DNA of 40,323 nucleotides from Klebsormidium nitens (Eukaryota; Plantae; Klebsormidiophyceae), in assembly GCA_000708835.1 (NCBI GenBank), contig DF237677.1, positions 1 to 40,323 on the forward strand, given 5' to 3'. Numbering within the stretch: position 1 is the stretch's first letter; each line of letters begins with the position of its first letter. This document shows positions 18,630 to 29,300 of the stretch, piece after piece. Both the position numbers and the translations under genes were made by a program. The notes under the pieces are model-generated. The model was not told the origin of the DNA, did not search any database, and worked only from the letters and a program-made list of their open reading frames with translations.

Positions 18630-19643
18630 ATGGGGCTGTGCATTGGGAAGCAGAGAGAGCATGGGACTCAAGATCAACAACCATCGCCAGAGCAGGTTGT
18701 GCCAAGGGCAACCCTGTCAAACAAGGAGTTTGGATTCAACCAGCACTTTAAGGACATGTACACGGTCAAGGAGGAGATTGATCGCGGATCGTTTGGCAGG
18801 ACGCACATCGCAGAGGCCAAGTCACAAAAGGGTGGCACTGTGGCCGTAAAGATCATCCCAAAGAGCTCCATGATCAGTGAGGCCGCAATTATGGACGTGC
18901 ACAGAGAGGTCCAGATACTGAGCCTGCTGTCAGGCCACGAGGGGATAGTGGAGTTTATGGCAGCTTACGAGGACTTGATGAACGTGTACATTGTGATGGA
19001 GCTATGCCAAGGTGGTGAGCTGATGGATCACATCCTCAGCAACCAGGGGCCATACAAGGAGGCAACCGCAATCGAGCTGGTGTGGCAGATCCTCACGGCA
19101 GTTGCCTACATGCATGAGAAGAAAGTCATCCACCGCAACATCAAGCCTGAAAACTTCATCTTTGCCAACGAGAAGGACAACATCATAAAAGCGATAGACT
19201 TTGGGCTCTCCTACCGGTGTGAGGAGAACGAAACTATCAAAGAAGTGGTGGGCAGCCCATTCTTTGTCGCACCAGAGGTCCTAAAGCAGGCCTACAATCT
19301 CAAGGCAGACGAGTGGAGCGTGGGGATCCTGACCTACATCCTGCTGATTGGAACACGGCCATTCTTTGGGAGGACGGACTCGGAGATCTTCAAGGCCGTG
19401 CTGAGGGACGAGCCTGACATTGACAACGCGGACCTCAGCCTGCCCGCAAAAGACTTTCTGAAACGGCTGCTCAACAGGAACGTTGAGTCCAGGGCAACAG
19501 CAAGAGAAGCCTTGGATCACCCTTGGCTCAGAGATAGATCCGCAATGCCCGTTCAACAGGGCTGCGGCAGTAATGACACATGCTCCGCCCTCGATAGCAC
19601 TCGTCACATATGCAATGACCGCACGGAATCATTGCAAACCTGA
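18630..19643 (+). CDS. CDPK-related (CRK-like) Ser/Thr kinase domain without EF-hands; catalytic HRD reads HRN
   Basis: MGLCIGK myristoylation/palmitoylation-type start, VAVKII, YIVMELCQGGEL, HRNIKPENF, DFGLS, APEVL, EALDHPWL. Confidence 0.85.
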   Translation: MGLCIGKQREHGTQDQQPSPEQVVPRATLSNKEFGFNQHFKDMYTVKEEIDRGSFGRTHIAEAKSQKGGTVAVKIIPKSSMISEAAIMDVHREVQILSLLSGHEGIVEFMAAYEDLMNVYIVMELCQGGELMDHILSNQGPYKEATAIELVWQILTAVAYMHEKKVIHRNIKPENFIFANEKDNIIKAIDFGLSYRCEENETIKEVVGSPFFVAPEVLKQAYNLKADEWSVGILTYILLIGTRPFFGRTDSEIFKAVLRDEPDIDNADLSLPAKDFLKRLLNRNVESRATAREALDHPWLRDRSAMPVQQGCGSNDTCSALDSTRHICNDRTESLQT

Positions 19644-20091
19644 CCTGGGCGTGAGTGCAGACCGGGCACTCCCCGCATATGTCTGGATTGATTGCCCGTT
19701 TCATCTTGCTCGTCACCTCGTAGAAAACAGCCACTTTTGCGTGTACTTGTTCCAATCGGATTACCCTCTCAGTCAACTCCCTTTCCAGCCCGTTCTTCAC
19801 ATCTTTGACAAGGCTTTGTATGACTTCCATGGCTGAGGCCTCGTGCACGTGATGCATGACCTTGGACAAACCCTCCTCAAAGGTTAGCAGCTTCCGGCGG
19901 GCCTCTTCGACCTCCTTGCCACAGGCCTCCTGCTCTGTCTGCAAGGGCTTTATGAGGCGATCGACCTCCAGGGAAGCCTTGGCAAATGCGGCAGCATTGG
20001 GCAGGTCCGCAAGAAACATCCAGTCGTTGATCGAGTTTGATTCCAACAGCGAATAGTCCTCCTGGCCATTGTAAGCTGGCGTCATCTCCAT
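19528..20091 (-). CDS. Coiled-coil plus C3HC4 RING-finger protein (putative E3 ligase)
   Basis: CPVC...IPCGHCICDEC...CHYCRSPV; its 3' end overlaps the kinase 3' end by 116 nt. Confidence 0.85.
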   Translation of the reverse strand: MEMTPAYNGQEDYSLLESNSINDWMFLADLPNAAAFAKASLEVDRLIKPLQTEQEACGKEVEEARRKLLTFEEGLSKVMHHVHEASAMEVIQSLVKDVKNGLERELTERVIRLEQVHAKVAVFYEVTSKMKRAINPDICGECPVCTHAQVRFAMIPCGHCICDECYRGRSMCHYCRSPVERALRIYL

Positions 20092-20118
20092 GAGAGGCCT
20101 CGCGACTTTTGGGACCCA

Positions 20119-21315
20119 CTAGAAACGTGCAGAGGCCCCCACACTTGTCAGGCGCTGGATCCCTTGGTTGGGCTTCAGTGCCTGGTCCCTCACGCGCCGC
20201 ATCATGCCAAGCTTGTTGAGGAAGTCCGAAAACGAGAGATCGCATGTCACATAAACAGATAGAGAATTGGAGATGGACAGGACCGGCAACACGGGGTCCC
20301 GGAACAGCCGAGAGACCCGCCCTAGCAGCTTGCTCTTGCGGCTGTCACGTGCCACCTCGAGCTCGTGCTTGACCGATGCCCGAAAGGTGTGCATCCCCTT
20401 GTCTTGGAGAAGCCACATCGTGTCGAGCTGCATGTCGGATACGTCCCCAACTCCCGAGAGGTCGTCCAATCGGTTGCATCTCAAGGTGGATGCACCATGA
20501 TGAGCATCACAGCTGTCAGGAATGTCCAACTTTGCAGGCTCTTTGACCGACCAATCCACCAAGCTGCAAAAGCTGCCTCCGTAGAGGTCGACCTGGCCCC
20601 TGTGACGCACCTGCCCACCCGCCTCAGTTGTTGCTGTACATGTGGCAGAGAGGAGCACGCGCAAGACTTTTGTACTGCATCCGGGATCCTCTCCGTCTGC
20701 TTCCCCGAGTGAAGCTTTGAGTGTCAGGTCAGCCACGGCACCCCTTGATGATCCTTTTGAGGTCGAACTGAAGCACTGGATGATGTAGCTCACGCCCCTC
20801 GCGAGCTGCCCACGTCTCTGAAAGGCTTGCATCGACGGGTTCTGCCTCACGCTTGCAACCCTAGCCCGCTTCCACTCTCGGACGAGCTTGTATCCAGACC
20901 TCTGCCAAGCACGCGACTGGGTGTAGGCGTCAACTTTAGGGGCTTCAGGCTCCTCAACCATGTGGACACGAACCTTGATGGGGCTGTGGGGGTGAAAGGT
21001 GACCGAGACATCCCAGGACCCTTCCAAACCAAGTCCGAGGAGCCGTGACATGTGAGAGGCCTCTACAAACCGAAAGTCCATACGGTTGGCATTCTTGTCA
21101 CGGCTCAGGCTGCTCTCCTCGGGGTCGTGAGAGGTTGCGTTCTTCCGGGCCTCTTGAGAGTACGGCCCATCTCGGAACCAGTACAGGAAGCAACTCTCTT
21201 CAAAGGCCTGCTCCTCGTTTTTTGGGAGCTCTCCCTTTAAGCGCGCATCGATCAGATGGTCAACGGCCATCCCGTCCCCAGCGTTGGCTGCTGCAATGAG
21301 CCGACCCCACTCCAT
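20119..21315 (-). CDS. Hypothetical protein
   Basis: 398-aa ATG ORF packed closely with the RING gene; no motif recognised. Confidence 0.7.
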   Translation of the reverse strand: MEWGRLIAAANAGDGMAVDHLIDARLKGELPKNEEQAFEESCFLYWFRDGPYSQEARKNATSHDPEESSLSRDKNANRMDFRFVEASHMSRLLGLGLEGSWDVSVTFHPHSPIKVRVHMVEEPEAPKVDAYTQSRAWQRSGYKLVREWKRARVASVRQNPSMQAFQRRGQLARGVSYIIQCFSSTSKGSSRGAVADLTLKASLGEADGEDPGCSTKVLRVLLSATCTATTEAGGQVRHRGQVDLYGGSFCSLVDWSVKEPAKLDIPDSCDAHHGASTLRCNRLDDLSGVGDVSDMQLDTMWLLQDKGMHTFRASVKHELEVARDSRKSKLLGRVSRLFRDPVLPVLSISNSLSVYVTCDLSFSDFLNKLGMMRRVRDQALKPNQGIQRLTSVGASARF

Positions 21316-21388
21316 CTGTCATACTGTACAAGAAAAACAGGTTGCAGAATTCTCGTCCCACTTTTTTTTGTGATGCCATTCCACGGCG

Positions 21389-21670
21389 ATGGCTTCTCAA
21401 GTCAAGAAGTACAGGCTAGAGCGGAGGCAGGTCATGAAGTCTGAGAAGGACCACACCTCGTCGGGCCTCAGGAAGGATGACCTTATGTACAAGAGTCATG
21501 ATGGAAAGTCCAGGACTATCGTGTCCCGCAAGAGGCACGAGAATGCCTTGAACAATCCTAAACTCCAGGCGTGGTTGGACCACGTCAAGAGCGTTTACGA
21601 AGACATCAAACCCCTCGGCAAGACATACAAGGATGCCATGCAGCTCGCTGCAGCCACCTACAAACGGTGA
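21389..21670 (+). CDS. DVNP-like (dinoflagellate/viral nucleoprotein) basic DNA-binding protein
   Basis: T-S-S-G-L-R-K-D-D-L-M ... IVSRK ... L-Q-A-W follows the DVNP pattern T.GGL.K.DL...IVSK...W. Confidence 0.72.
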   Translation: MASQVKKYRLERRQVMKSEKDHTSSGLRKDDLMYKSHDGKSRTIVSRKRHENALNNPKLQAWLDHVKSVYEDIKPLGKTYKDAMQLAAATYKR

Positions 21671-21707
21671 AGTACCATGCCACTTTTTCTACCCGTATCA
21701 CAGAACG

Positions 21708-22535
21708 ATGATTCTCTTCCTTGTGCTCCTATCTTTAAGCAGCTGCGTAGTTTCTCAGGAGCAGGGCTGGCTGGCGGGTACCGCCACTTACTACACAGGA
21801 GTTGACGATGTGTCCGGCGGTTATGCTGGAAATTGCGGCTTCTCAGATCTCAGCCGCAACATTGCTGGGATCCCGGGGGCCACCTACGGCCCTCTCTTTG
21901 CAGCCGGCAGCGATCAACTCTACAAGGGCGGAGCAAACTGCGGGGCATGCTACGAGATCAAGTGTCTAGAAAACCCTGTGTGTACCGGCAAGACCATCCA
22001 GGTCACCATCACCGATTACTGTCCGACTCAGGGCAACGAGCAGTGGTGTGGGGCCGATAAGCACCATTTCGACCTCTCGGGAAAAGCATTCAGCGAGCTG
22101 GTCAGCACGATGGCGATCGGCCACTTTGAGCTGCAGTACCGCCGAGTGCCTTGCAAGAAGACGGGGCCGCCTGTTGTATCAATCGAAGGCAATCCCTACT
22201 GGCAATCCCTTCGAGTCCTGAACTTGGCAGGTGGGGGCGCGTATAATGCGATGCTCATCCGCTCACCTGGAGGCCAGTACGTCCCGTTGAAGCGGGACTG
22301 GGGCACGAGCTTTGTTCACAATGGTCAAATTCAGGCTCCAATCTCGGTGAAGCTCTTGGTTAATGACCCAAAGAGCGAGGTCGAACTGATTGATTGCGTG
22401 CCAGTGGGATGGGTTGGCGGAGAGTACGCTTGCAAGGACAGCAGTAGTACTGTACACACGCCAGAGAGCAGGAGGATGACGATCCAGGACAACAAGCAGC
22501 GCCTCCAATGCAACTGCACGTGTGCCACCTTCTGA
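21708..22535 (+). CDS. Secreted plant-type expansin (DPBB plus CBM63 domains)
   Basis: Signal peptide; ATYY, GNCG, CGACYEIKC, TITDYCP, HFDLS, YRRVPC, LKRDWG. Confidence 0.9.
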   Translation: MILFLVLLSLSSCVVSQEQGWLAGTATYYTGVDDVSGGYAGNCGFSDLSRNIAGIPGATYGPLFAAGSDQLYKGGANCGACYEIKCLENPVCTGKTIQVTITDYCPTQGNEQWCGADKHHFDLSGKAFSELVSTMAIGHFELQYRRVPCKKTGPPVVSIEGNPYWQSLRVLNLAGGGAYNAMLIRSPGGQYVPLKRDWGTSFVHNGQIQAPISVKLLVNDPKSEVELIDCVPVGWVGGEYACKDSSSTVHTPESRRMTIQDNKQRLQCNCTCATF

Positions 22536-22571
22536 GAGACTTATTTTGTTGGTTTATATCTGCAGTCCATC

Positions 22572-22865
22572 ATGTCAACTAACAAGACGTCAGGCTACGT
22601 CGACAAGGCCGTCGGAGCTTCAAAGCAGGCCGCAGGGAAGGTCTTCAGCAACCGCCTTGAAAGCCAGGGTGGCGCACAGCGTGAGAAGGGGCAAGCAGAG
22701 ATAGACGCTGCAAACGCTCGGAAGCAGGCAGAGGCCACTGGCGACAAGGTTGCAGGAACGGCAAAGCAGGTTGCAGGATCTGTCACAAACAACACGAGTC
22801 TGGCTAACGAGGGCAGGGCTGAACGTCTATCAGGCAAGCAGAAGGGGGCCCGTAACGAGTTTTGA
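22572..22865 (+). CDS. CsbD-like / LEA-like small hydrophilic stress protein
   Basis: Two G..K...G repeats (DKAVGASKQAAGKV, DKVAGTAKQVAGSVT...EG.AE...G). Confidence 0.7.
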   Translation: MSTNKTSGYVDKAVGASKQAAGKVFSNRLESQGGAQREKGQAEIDAANARKQAEATGDKVAGTAKQVAGSVTNNTSLANEGRAERLSGKQKGARNEF

Positions 22866-22870
22866 AGACT

Positions 22871-23281
22871 CTAGTGGATCCTTTCGAGATAGAACTGGTT
22901 CGAGATATCGTGCTGTCTTGATGTGTTCAAGGGAATTGAAGTCGGATGTTCCGAGTAATATAGAATCAAATATGGTGGATCGTCCTTTGTGGGCGAGGAA
23001 GGACCACAAAGACCTACATACTCGATCACTTTAGGTCGAGGAACCAGTTCATGCGCCAATATATCTCGTATAGAAAGAGCATCAGCTTGTGCTAAAGTGA
23101 CACCATCATCATCGTCAGAGATGTCGAATCTGTTCTCTCCATCGAGCCTCTCAATCTCGTAGGTGCTCCAGTTCTGAGTGCCAGGCGGCCGAGCCAAGAT
23201 ACGCAGCCTAAGGCGGCTGGTGCTGCGACTCATCATCAACATTGCGTCCGAGATTAACTGGAAGATCTGTGAGCGGTTCAT
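22871..23281 (-). CDS. Hypothetical protein
   Basis: ORF of about 136 aa from MNRSQIF; acidic patch DDDDG; no family recognised. Confidence 0.5.
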   Translation of the reverse strand: MNRSQIFQLISDAMLMMSRSTSRLRLRILARPPGTQNWSTYEIERLDGENRFDISDDDDGVTLAQADALSIRDILAHELVPRPKVIEYVGLCGPSSPTKDDPPYLILYYSEHPTSIPLNTSRQHDISNQFYLERIH

Positions 23282-23316
23282 TCGTTTTTGTATCATACAA
23301 GCATTTTCTCTCAGCA

Positions 23317-24109
23317 TCACCGACTCGGTAGCAAGGACAGCCTGGTCAAACGGATTGTGTTGATGGCTGCTGACAGCATCTCGGCATCACAGTCCATCGC
23401 ATATCTCACGCGAAAGCACCGTACGTGCTCGAGTTCCAGGGGCGACACAGAGGGAATCAAGAGGGGAAATGCCTGATGCCGTATGCATTTCGCTTGAACC
23501 GAACGGACCCCCCCTCGGCCAGTGTGTATGTATTCATAAGCGTATCTGGTCAGCGCGGCAGGGTCCGGCCTGTCACTATGGTAGAATGTTTCGCAAATCA
23601 TCGCTTCGATTGCTTTCGTTCTTGCCAGCTTCTTCTTCGCCTTGTTAATCCTCTTCTGCAGCTTCTCCAACAGAGCTGCAAGATAGGTGGCGGGCGAGCC
23701 AAATTTCAGGATGCCTGCTACCACAACATCTTCAAACCCGTAATGGATGAGCTTCCCGATCCGGTTTGAGGTCCACAGTCTCAACAAGGAAATGGTGCCG
23801 TGCCATGTCTGAACGCATTGCTGCGCTATCCCAGCCACCCCAGACGCCCGAGAAGACAAAGTGCAAATTCAGGTGGCCTCTGGCATTTACTTGAGCATCA
23901 TAATCCGAGTCCCACGCATATTTGCGCTCCCATTGCTTTGGGGGCCCTGTTGATTGTGTGGCTGCACGACGCCTGGCCGCATCCCGTGCCATGTCCCAGC
24001 TGTCACCAACGGCCTGCTTGAAGCCCTGTGAGACACACGCCAGTGAACAGAGGGTTTTGACGTCGATTGAAGAGTGCATGTGGAGGAGCTGAACCAACGT
24101 CGACTCCAT
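23317..24109 (-). pseudogene. F-box-like protein, probably one gene frameshifted near 23760
   Basis: The 24109-23732 frame begins with an F-box-like IDVKTLCSLACVSQGF. A second frame (IGKLIHYGFEDVV...) stays open to 23317. Confidence 0.45.
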
Positions 24110-24195
24110 TCTGTAAGAAGGTGCAGGAAGTTGGTGCGTGGGCGGCGCACGGTCAGGAGCTTAGGACTAGCTTCACATGCACTGGAGTATTCGCA

Positions 24196-24924
24196 ATGGA
24201 GCGCCTGAGAAGATATCACAACATGGTTAAGACCAAGGCGTTGAGCGAAGCTCTTCAAGGCCGGGACGCTCCCAACACCTCCCTGCTTGACCTGGCATGT
24301 GGGCCAGGTTCAGATTTGCACAAGTGGCATCGGCTTGGGATCCATGATGCGATGGGCTTGGATGCCAGCGAGGAGGCCATCCTAGAAGCGCGAAAGCGGA
24401 ACAAGACATGCAAGACAGCCTACCGTTTTGTCATCGCAGATGTTTGCAATCGGCTGGAACGGTATGCAAGACAGGAACGCTGGGATGTCATCACATGCAA
24501 CTTTGCAATCCACTATCTCATGGAAGATCCAGAGAAGTTTGCCAACCTCCTCAGTGCAGTCAGTGGCGCATTGAAGCCTGGTGGATATTTCATTGGCACT
24601 GTCCAGAACGGTGATAGGGTGGATCAGCTTATGGGCAACAGCAGCAGCTACAGGAACAACATCCTCAGTGTGCGGCGGGCGGGTGACATTGTGGAATTTG
24701 ACATGCACGGCACGTACTACTTTGAGAATGGAGCCAGCAGAGAGATGTTGGTATGACCAGAGAACATCATAGGTCCTGCCTTAACAGCAGGGCTCAGTTT
24801 GAAGCGCTGGAGTAGCTTCCCTCAATACCTACCAACCCCACAGGACTACCCAGAAGATGAGATTGTGATTTCAACAATGTATGACACGTTTGCTTTCTAC
24901 AAAAGGCCTTTCAGCTGTTCCTGA
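24196..24924 (+). pseudogene. mRNA cap guanine-N7 methyltransferase with in-frame TGA at 24754-24756
   Basis: LRRYHNMVK, LLDLACGPGSDLHKW, GLDAS, DVITCNFAIHY, LKPGGYFIGT. After the TGA the frame continues PENIIG...MYDTFAFYK to 24924. Confidence 0.85.
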
Positions 24925-24934
24925 TATCTATTTG

Positions 24935-25539
24935 TCACTCAGCAAGCTGGAGCAGCTCCGGAGAAGTGTTCAGAACTGTGTCAGCTCTAGCCTTGTAACC
25001 TTCGAAGAGACAGTTGGCAGCTGCCACGAATGCTCTGATTCCTTCACAGAGCTCAAACTCTGTGCAGCTGCCAGTCTCTCTGATGAGCTCAATCTCAGAC
25101 TCCTCAAGAGACCTTGCTATGCACTCCAGAGCCCAAACATCAAAGTCCACATGAGCGTAGGGGATGGCACCATGCTTGTGCACCGCTGATAGGAAGTTGT
25201 AGAAGGGCTTTGAAAAGTCATCAAACCCGTCCATGAGCTGGAGATATGCAGACCCAGCACGTTCCCAGTCCGCCTTGGTCTTTAGCTGAACTGGCAGGTC
25301 CTCGATCCAGCAGGGTTCGTCTGCAATACTGATCTCGGCATCAACTTTTGGGACCGCACTCTCCAGCACCTTGCGCACGCGCCCTGATCACGCGACTGAC
25401 GGGCTGGATCAATCCCACCGAGGATTTCTCTCAGTAACTTTGACAGCCTTTTTGAAAGTGTACAGGGCACCGCGGCAATTGGGCCGCCGAAGGTGAGCTT
25501 GAGCAGTCGGAGTGGCCGGTTTGTCAAAGACGGAACCAT
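24935..25539 (-). pseudogene. Hypothetical protein, probably frameshifted near 25385
   Basis: The 147-aa frame 25378-24935 has no ATG; an ATG frame from 25539 overlaps its start. Confidence 0.35.
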
Positions 25540-26376
25540 CTATCGAGGGTTTTCGTGTCGATTTTGAGCTGATCCACGACATGGTGCATAGCACATCCGA
25601 TTCGCATAAAGCTCATGCATGCAAGTGTTTGAAAGTTGCACTTGGATGCAGGCGTGTGGAGATGTGCAGCCGGAAAAGAAGAGCAAAATGGACGGCCAAG
25701 GGTAGATTGTGGCAAGGGGAGAACTTATTGACTAATTGACCTTGTAAGACTACCCAAAAGCGAACAGTATTCTGTGGTACTAAGCAATCTTCGATGCTTG
25801 GCGGCGGCTAAAGAGCCAGTCAACTTTGGAGTACTGCCTTTTTGGGTGTCCCCGTTACATCACATGGGCGACAAAGTGGGCGAAAATGGGAATGAAAACA
25901 GTAAGCCACTCTCGACCACCTTCGACATCATGAGAGACCCTAAAGAGTAGGACCGCCCACATGTCGTTTTCTCCCGCCAAAGCAGTTGTTGCATATTACT
26001 CAAAGGCCAATTTGCGTTCAACATCAGACTGGCCTGCTGATGCATACTCGTAGATATTTATTCCATTTACTCAATCGGTCATGTATGATGGCAGGATATA
26101 TTCATTCCTCTATATCCAGTTCAGAGCGTCGCATCACCTTTTCCCAAAGGGTATATGCCACAGTACTAACTCCAGTCCTGAACACTCTTAAATCTCAATT
26201 CTGGAACTGTGGTATTGATGCTCGGTGCCTAATTCAACATTGGCAAAAATGGGACGAGCTTCTTCAGATGTTGTTTTTCAATAGGGCTGTCCATGACTTT
26301 CTCCATGTTTTGAAATCCAATCCAAATTTTGTTTTACTAAGTGACTGCACAACGAGGGCCCCAAGTTCGGCAAAAG

Positions 26377-29300
26377 CTAGAACACATCTTGAATAAACAG
26401 CGCCCAAAGCTCGGCCGAAAATGCAAAAATTGTGGCGCACTGAGGCCACAGCATGCTCCAGTGCCTCTTCCCTAGTTTGCGCGTAAGGGCTAAACTCAGG
26501 CCCATGCCCCCGGCCAAAACCGCTCCTTGAAGCAAACCCACAACGGAAGGGTCAGCAACCGCAATTGGGAGCCCCGAGTCTCGAAAGCCCACCGTCGCTG
26601 CTGTGACCGGGAGAAGGGTTCCCCCCTCAACGAGGAGAAGGGGCAAATAGTGGGCTAGCGTGGCGCTCCACACTAGCGGCAAGTATCCATATGCCAGGTG
26701 CAGAAAGGGTGCGGGTGCGAGAGTCCGTTGGGTGTGGTGGTACAGGCGATTGAGGGCATCGACGCAATATGAGATGACGCCCGGGAGCGATAGGAGACCG
26801 GCGGCAACCGCGATGTGAATGGGCTTTGAGTCGATCAGGATGGGGTCAAAACCGAACTGGCTCAGAAGGTTTGGCGCTCGGTGGAGGTAGACTGCAGACA
26901 CAAAGCAAATGAACGGCCTGAGACTTCAAAAGGGGACCCTCAGAGTCCAAAAGCGGAACGTTTCCTTGACTGATTCATAGTTAAGATCGCTTGCATAAGT
27001 GTGCGTGCAGACGTGGGATAGATAGATTGGAAACGGACCAAAGATGAGCGTTAAATGTAAAAGTAGAAAATCGGAAATCGGAACTCTTATCTGACAGATC
27101 CATATCTCAACGACGAAGAAATGTAACTGTATCCGCATGACCATGTGTGGTTTGAATGCAGGAAAGAGACTATAGGCGTGCCAAAGCAGGACGTCAACGT
27201 CTAAGACACGACTTTTGATATTCAGATACTTGACCTCGCTTACTTGCAAAACGAAACCAAATACTTGCCAAAACCGCCTCGATCAAATACAAAGCCGTCT
27301 CGGATCACACAAACCGGCATCGATCACTTGCACAGCCGCTGCATCAATCCAACCTCCAAAAGCGATGCCAAAGAGGACAGAAAGTATAGGGAGAGAAGCG
27401 AGGCACGTTGTGCTCAAATTCTCCAAGAGAGACAATACGTAAGGGGAACTGGGCTGAGGCAAAATAGATGGAAGCCAAGTAGAGAAACACCTCTTGCTTG
27501 AGAGCATGGCGCAGTCTCCGATACGGTCAATTTATGGTGGTCCATGTTCAGCTTAGGGTTTACAATCGAAAGCGAGAGATTAGGTAAAGAGGGAAAACAT
27601 ACCTCGGTCCAGGCGCATAGACATGAGCACAATATCGAACACAGCCAGCTTGTGGGCAGTCCAATGCTGGATTGACTCTTCATAGTAAAGGGTAGATGAG
27701 GAAGACCAGTTTGACGGAAAGTCAAAGCGAAAACCATACATCCGCCGAGAAAAAAGAACGTGAGCGCGACCTCTGTCGCAGCCGGCTTGTGGCTGGTTCA
27801 CCTGACTTTTCTCAAGGAGACAAGCGTGAAACAGAACGTGAGATAAGGAAGGTAGAAGCGAACTACACCTCCGCCTAGGAGCATGAACATGAGGGCGACC
27901 TCCGACACGGCCGGCTTGTGGGTCGTCCAGAGATCGACCCCGGGGGCCCTCAGGTTGAACTGCACGCTAGTGTGAGGGCACGCTTTGAGGCAGTCCATAC
28001 ACAGGGTGCAGTCCTTGTTGTCGACCAGCTGGGCGGGGTGGGAGTGGAGGGGACACCCCGAGGTCTTCAGGCCCTCGGGGGGCTCCGCGGGGCCTCCCTT
28101 GTAGCAATGGTACGTCTGACACGTGGCTGCAGGTGGATAAAAACATGTCAGCAGGAGCTGTTGTTGTTTTCTTCAACTTCCCTGCTTGTACTCTGCTCTT
28201 AAGATCCCTTCCCTGCAATTCTTTTCACCGTCGTTCCCCCGTCCTATGATCTTACAATCGCACTCCTATAGAATTCCTGCGCAGTGGTCAGAGCGAAGGG
28301 GGCAGACTCCGTCGCTAGGCCCTCTTGGTTTGTCCTTATAGTAGTGATACGTCAGCCGAATTGGCCGCAAGCAAGTACTCAATGATCAAGTGCGCACGTA
28401 CAGCAATGTACGGCAGACCCAGACAGATGTTCGAAGGAGGGGGCGCCCAAATGATGAGTCTTTTCAGGATAAAGAGAGTCTCTTCCTGCAAAGAGACCAC
28501 GTGTCTCTATCTCGCCAACACCAGATGTTGCATCCAATGAGCGACTTGGCTTGGGACAGGTCTTCTGGCACTCAAAGACCCCACAGATCTTCGAGCAATG
28601 CCCAGCGTTTGGAGATTGCTCCGAGAATGTTGGCCTCTCAGACACTTTCCAAACGCTAGGGATTGGGTCTCCCTTCTCAACCGAACACACCATTGGCTTG
28701 CACGCAATTCCAATCTTGATTCTTAGCGGAGAGGCCGTTTTACATTACGAAGGCACAACAGCGGCACCTGCTAATCCTCGGCACCAAATCTATTCTGGCC
28801 GCCTACAATCTTGAGCTCCTAAGATTCTGAATTAAGTGCGCTCCTTGTCCGAGCACACGCCCTGCCGTGCAAGCAACTCTCGGATCGAAGTCTTAGCGAA
28901 GAAGGCAGTCATGTCATCTTTTGGGCACCAGCTAGCCCGTGCTCGGAAACTGCTGGGAAGTAAGCGCTACGAATAAAGGCGTCGAGATTTTGCTGTTTAC
29001 TCGTTAGCTCAGTACATGCCCTGTAATGACCGCAACTTCCGCCATTAACAATCTCGCAAAGAGGCTGTTCAGGTTGCGCAGCAGGAGAGGAGCTCGCTTT
29101 GTGCCGAGAACTTCACAGCATTCGAGTGCTAAAAGTTCGAAGAATTGGGCCCTTCTTTCAGTCCACAGCAAGGAAACCCACTTGCCACTTGCGTACTCCC
29201 GACATTGTCGTCTTAGCAATAGGGCCGTTCATGCAGCCAGTTTTGCACAGATAGCGGCATCACAGGTGGCGCTCAAAGCGGCCACCTACGAATGGCGCAT

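Larger units (their letters stand above)
1..25540. mobile_element. Endogenous giant-virus (NCLDV) segment; left end lies outside the window, right boundary somewhere in 25540-26370
   Basis: Tightly packed, mostly intronless ORFs with gaps of 4-50 nt. NCLDV-typical genes: compact topo II, RNR2, stand-alone cap MTase, DVNP-like and fibre-like proteins. It abuts an intron-rich eukaryotic gene and an LTR element, and shows scattered inactivating lesions. Confidence 0.88.

Noticed and set aside
27283-27507. Extra hydrophobic exon of the host gene
   Set aside because: Exon 10 splices in frame directly to exon 11 (GG/VYLH), leaving no gap in the expected protein.
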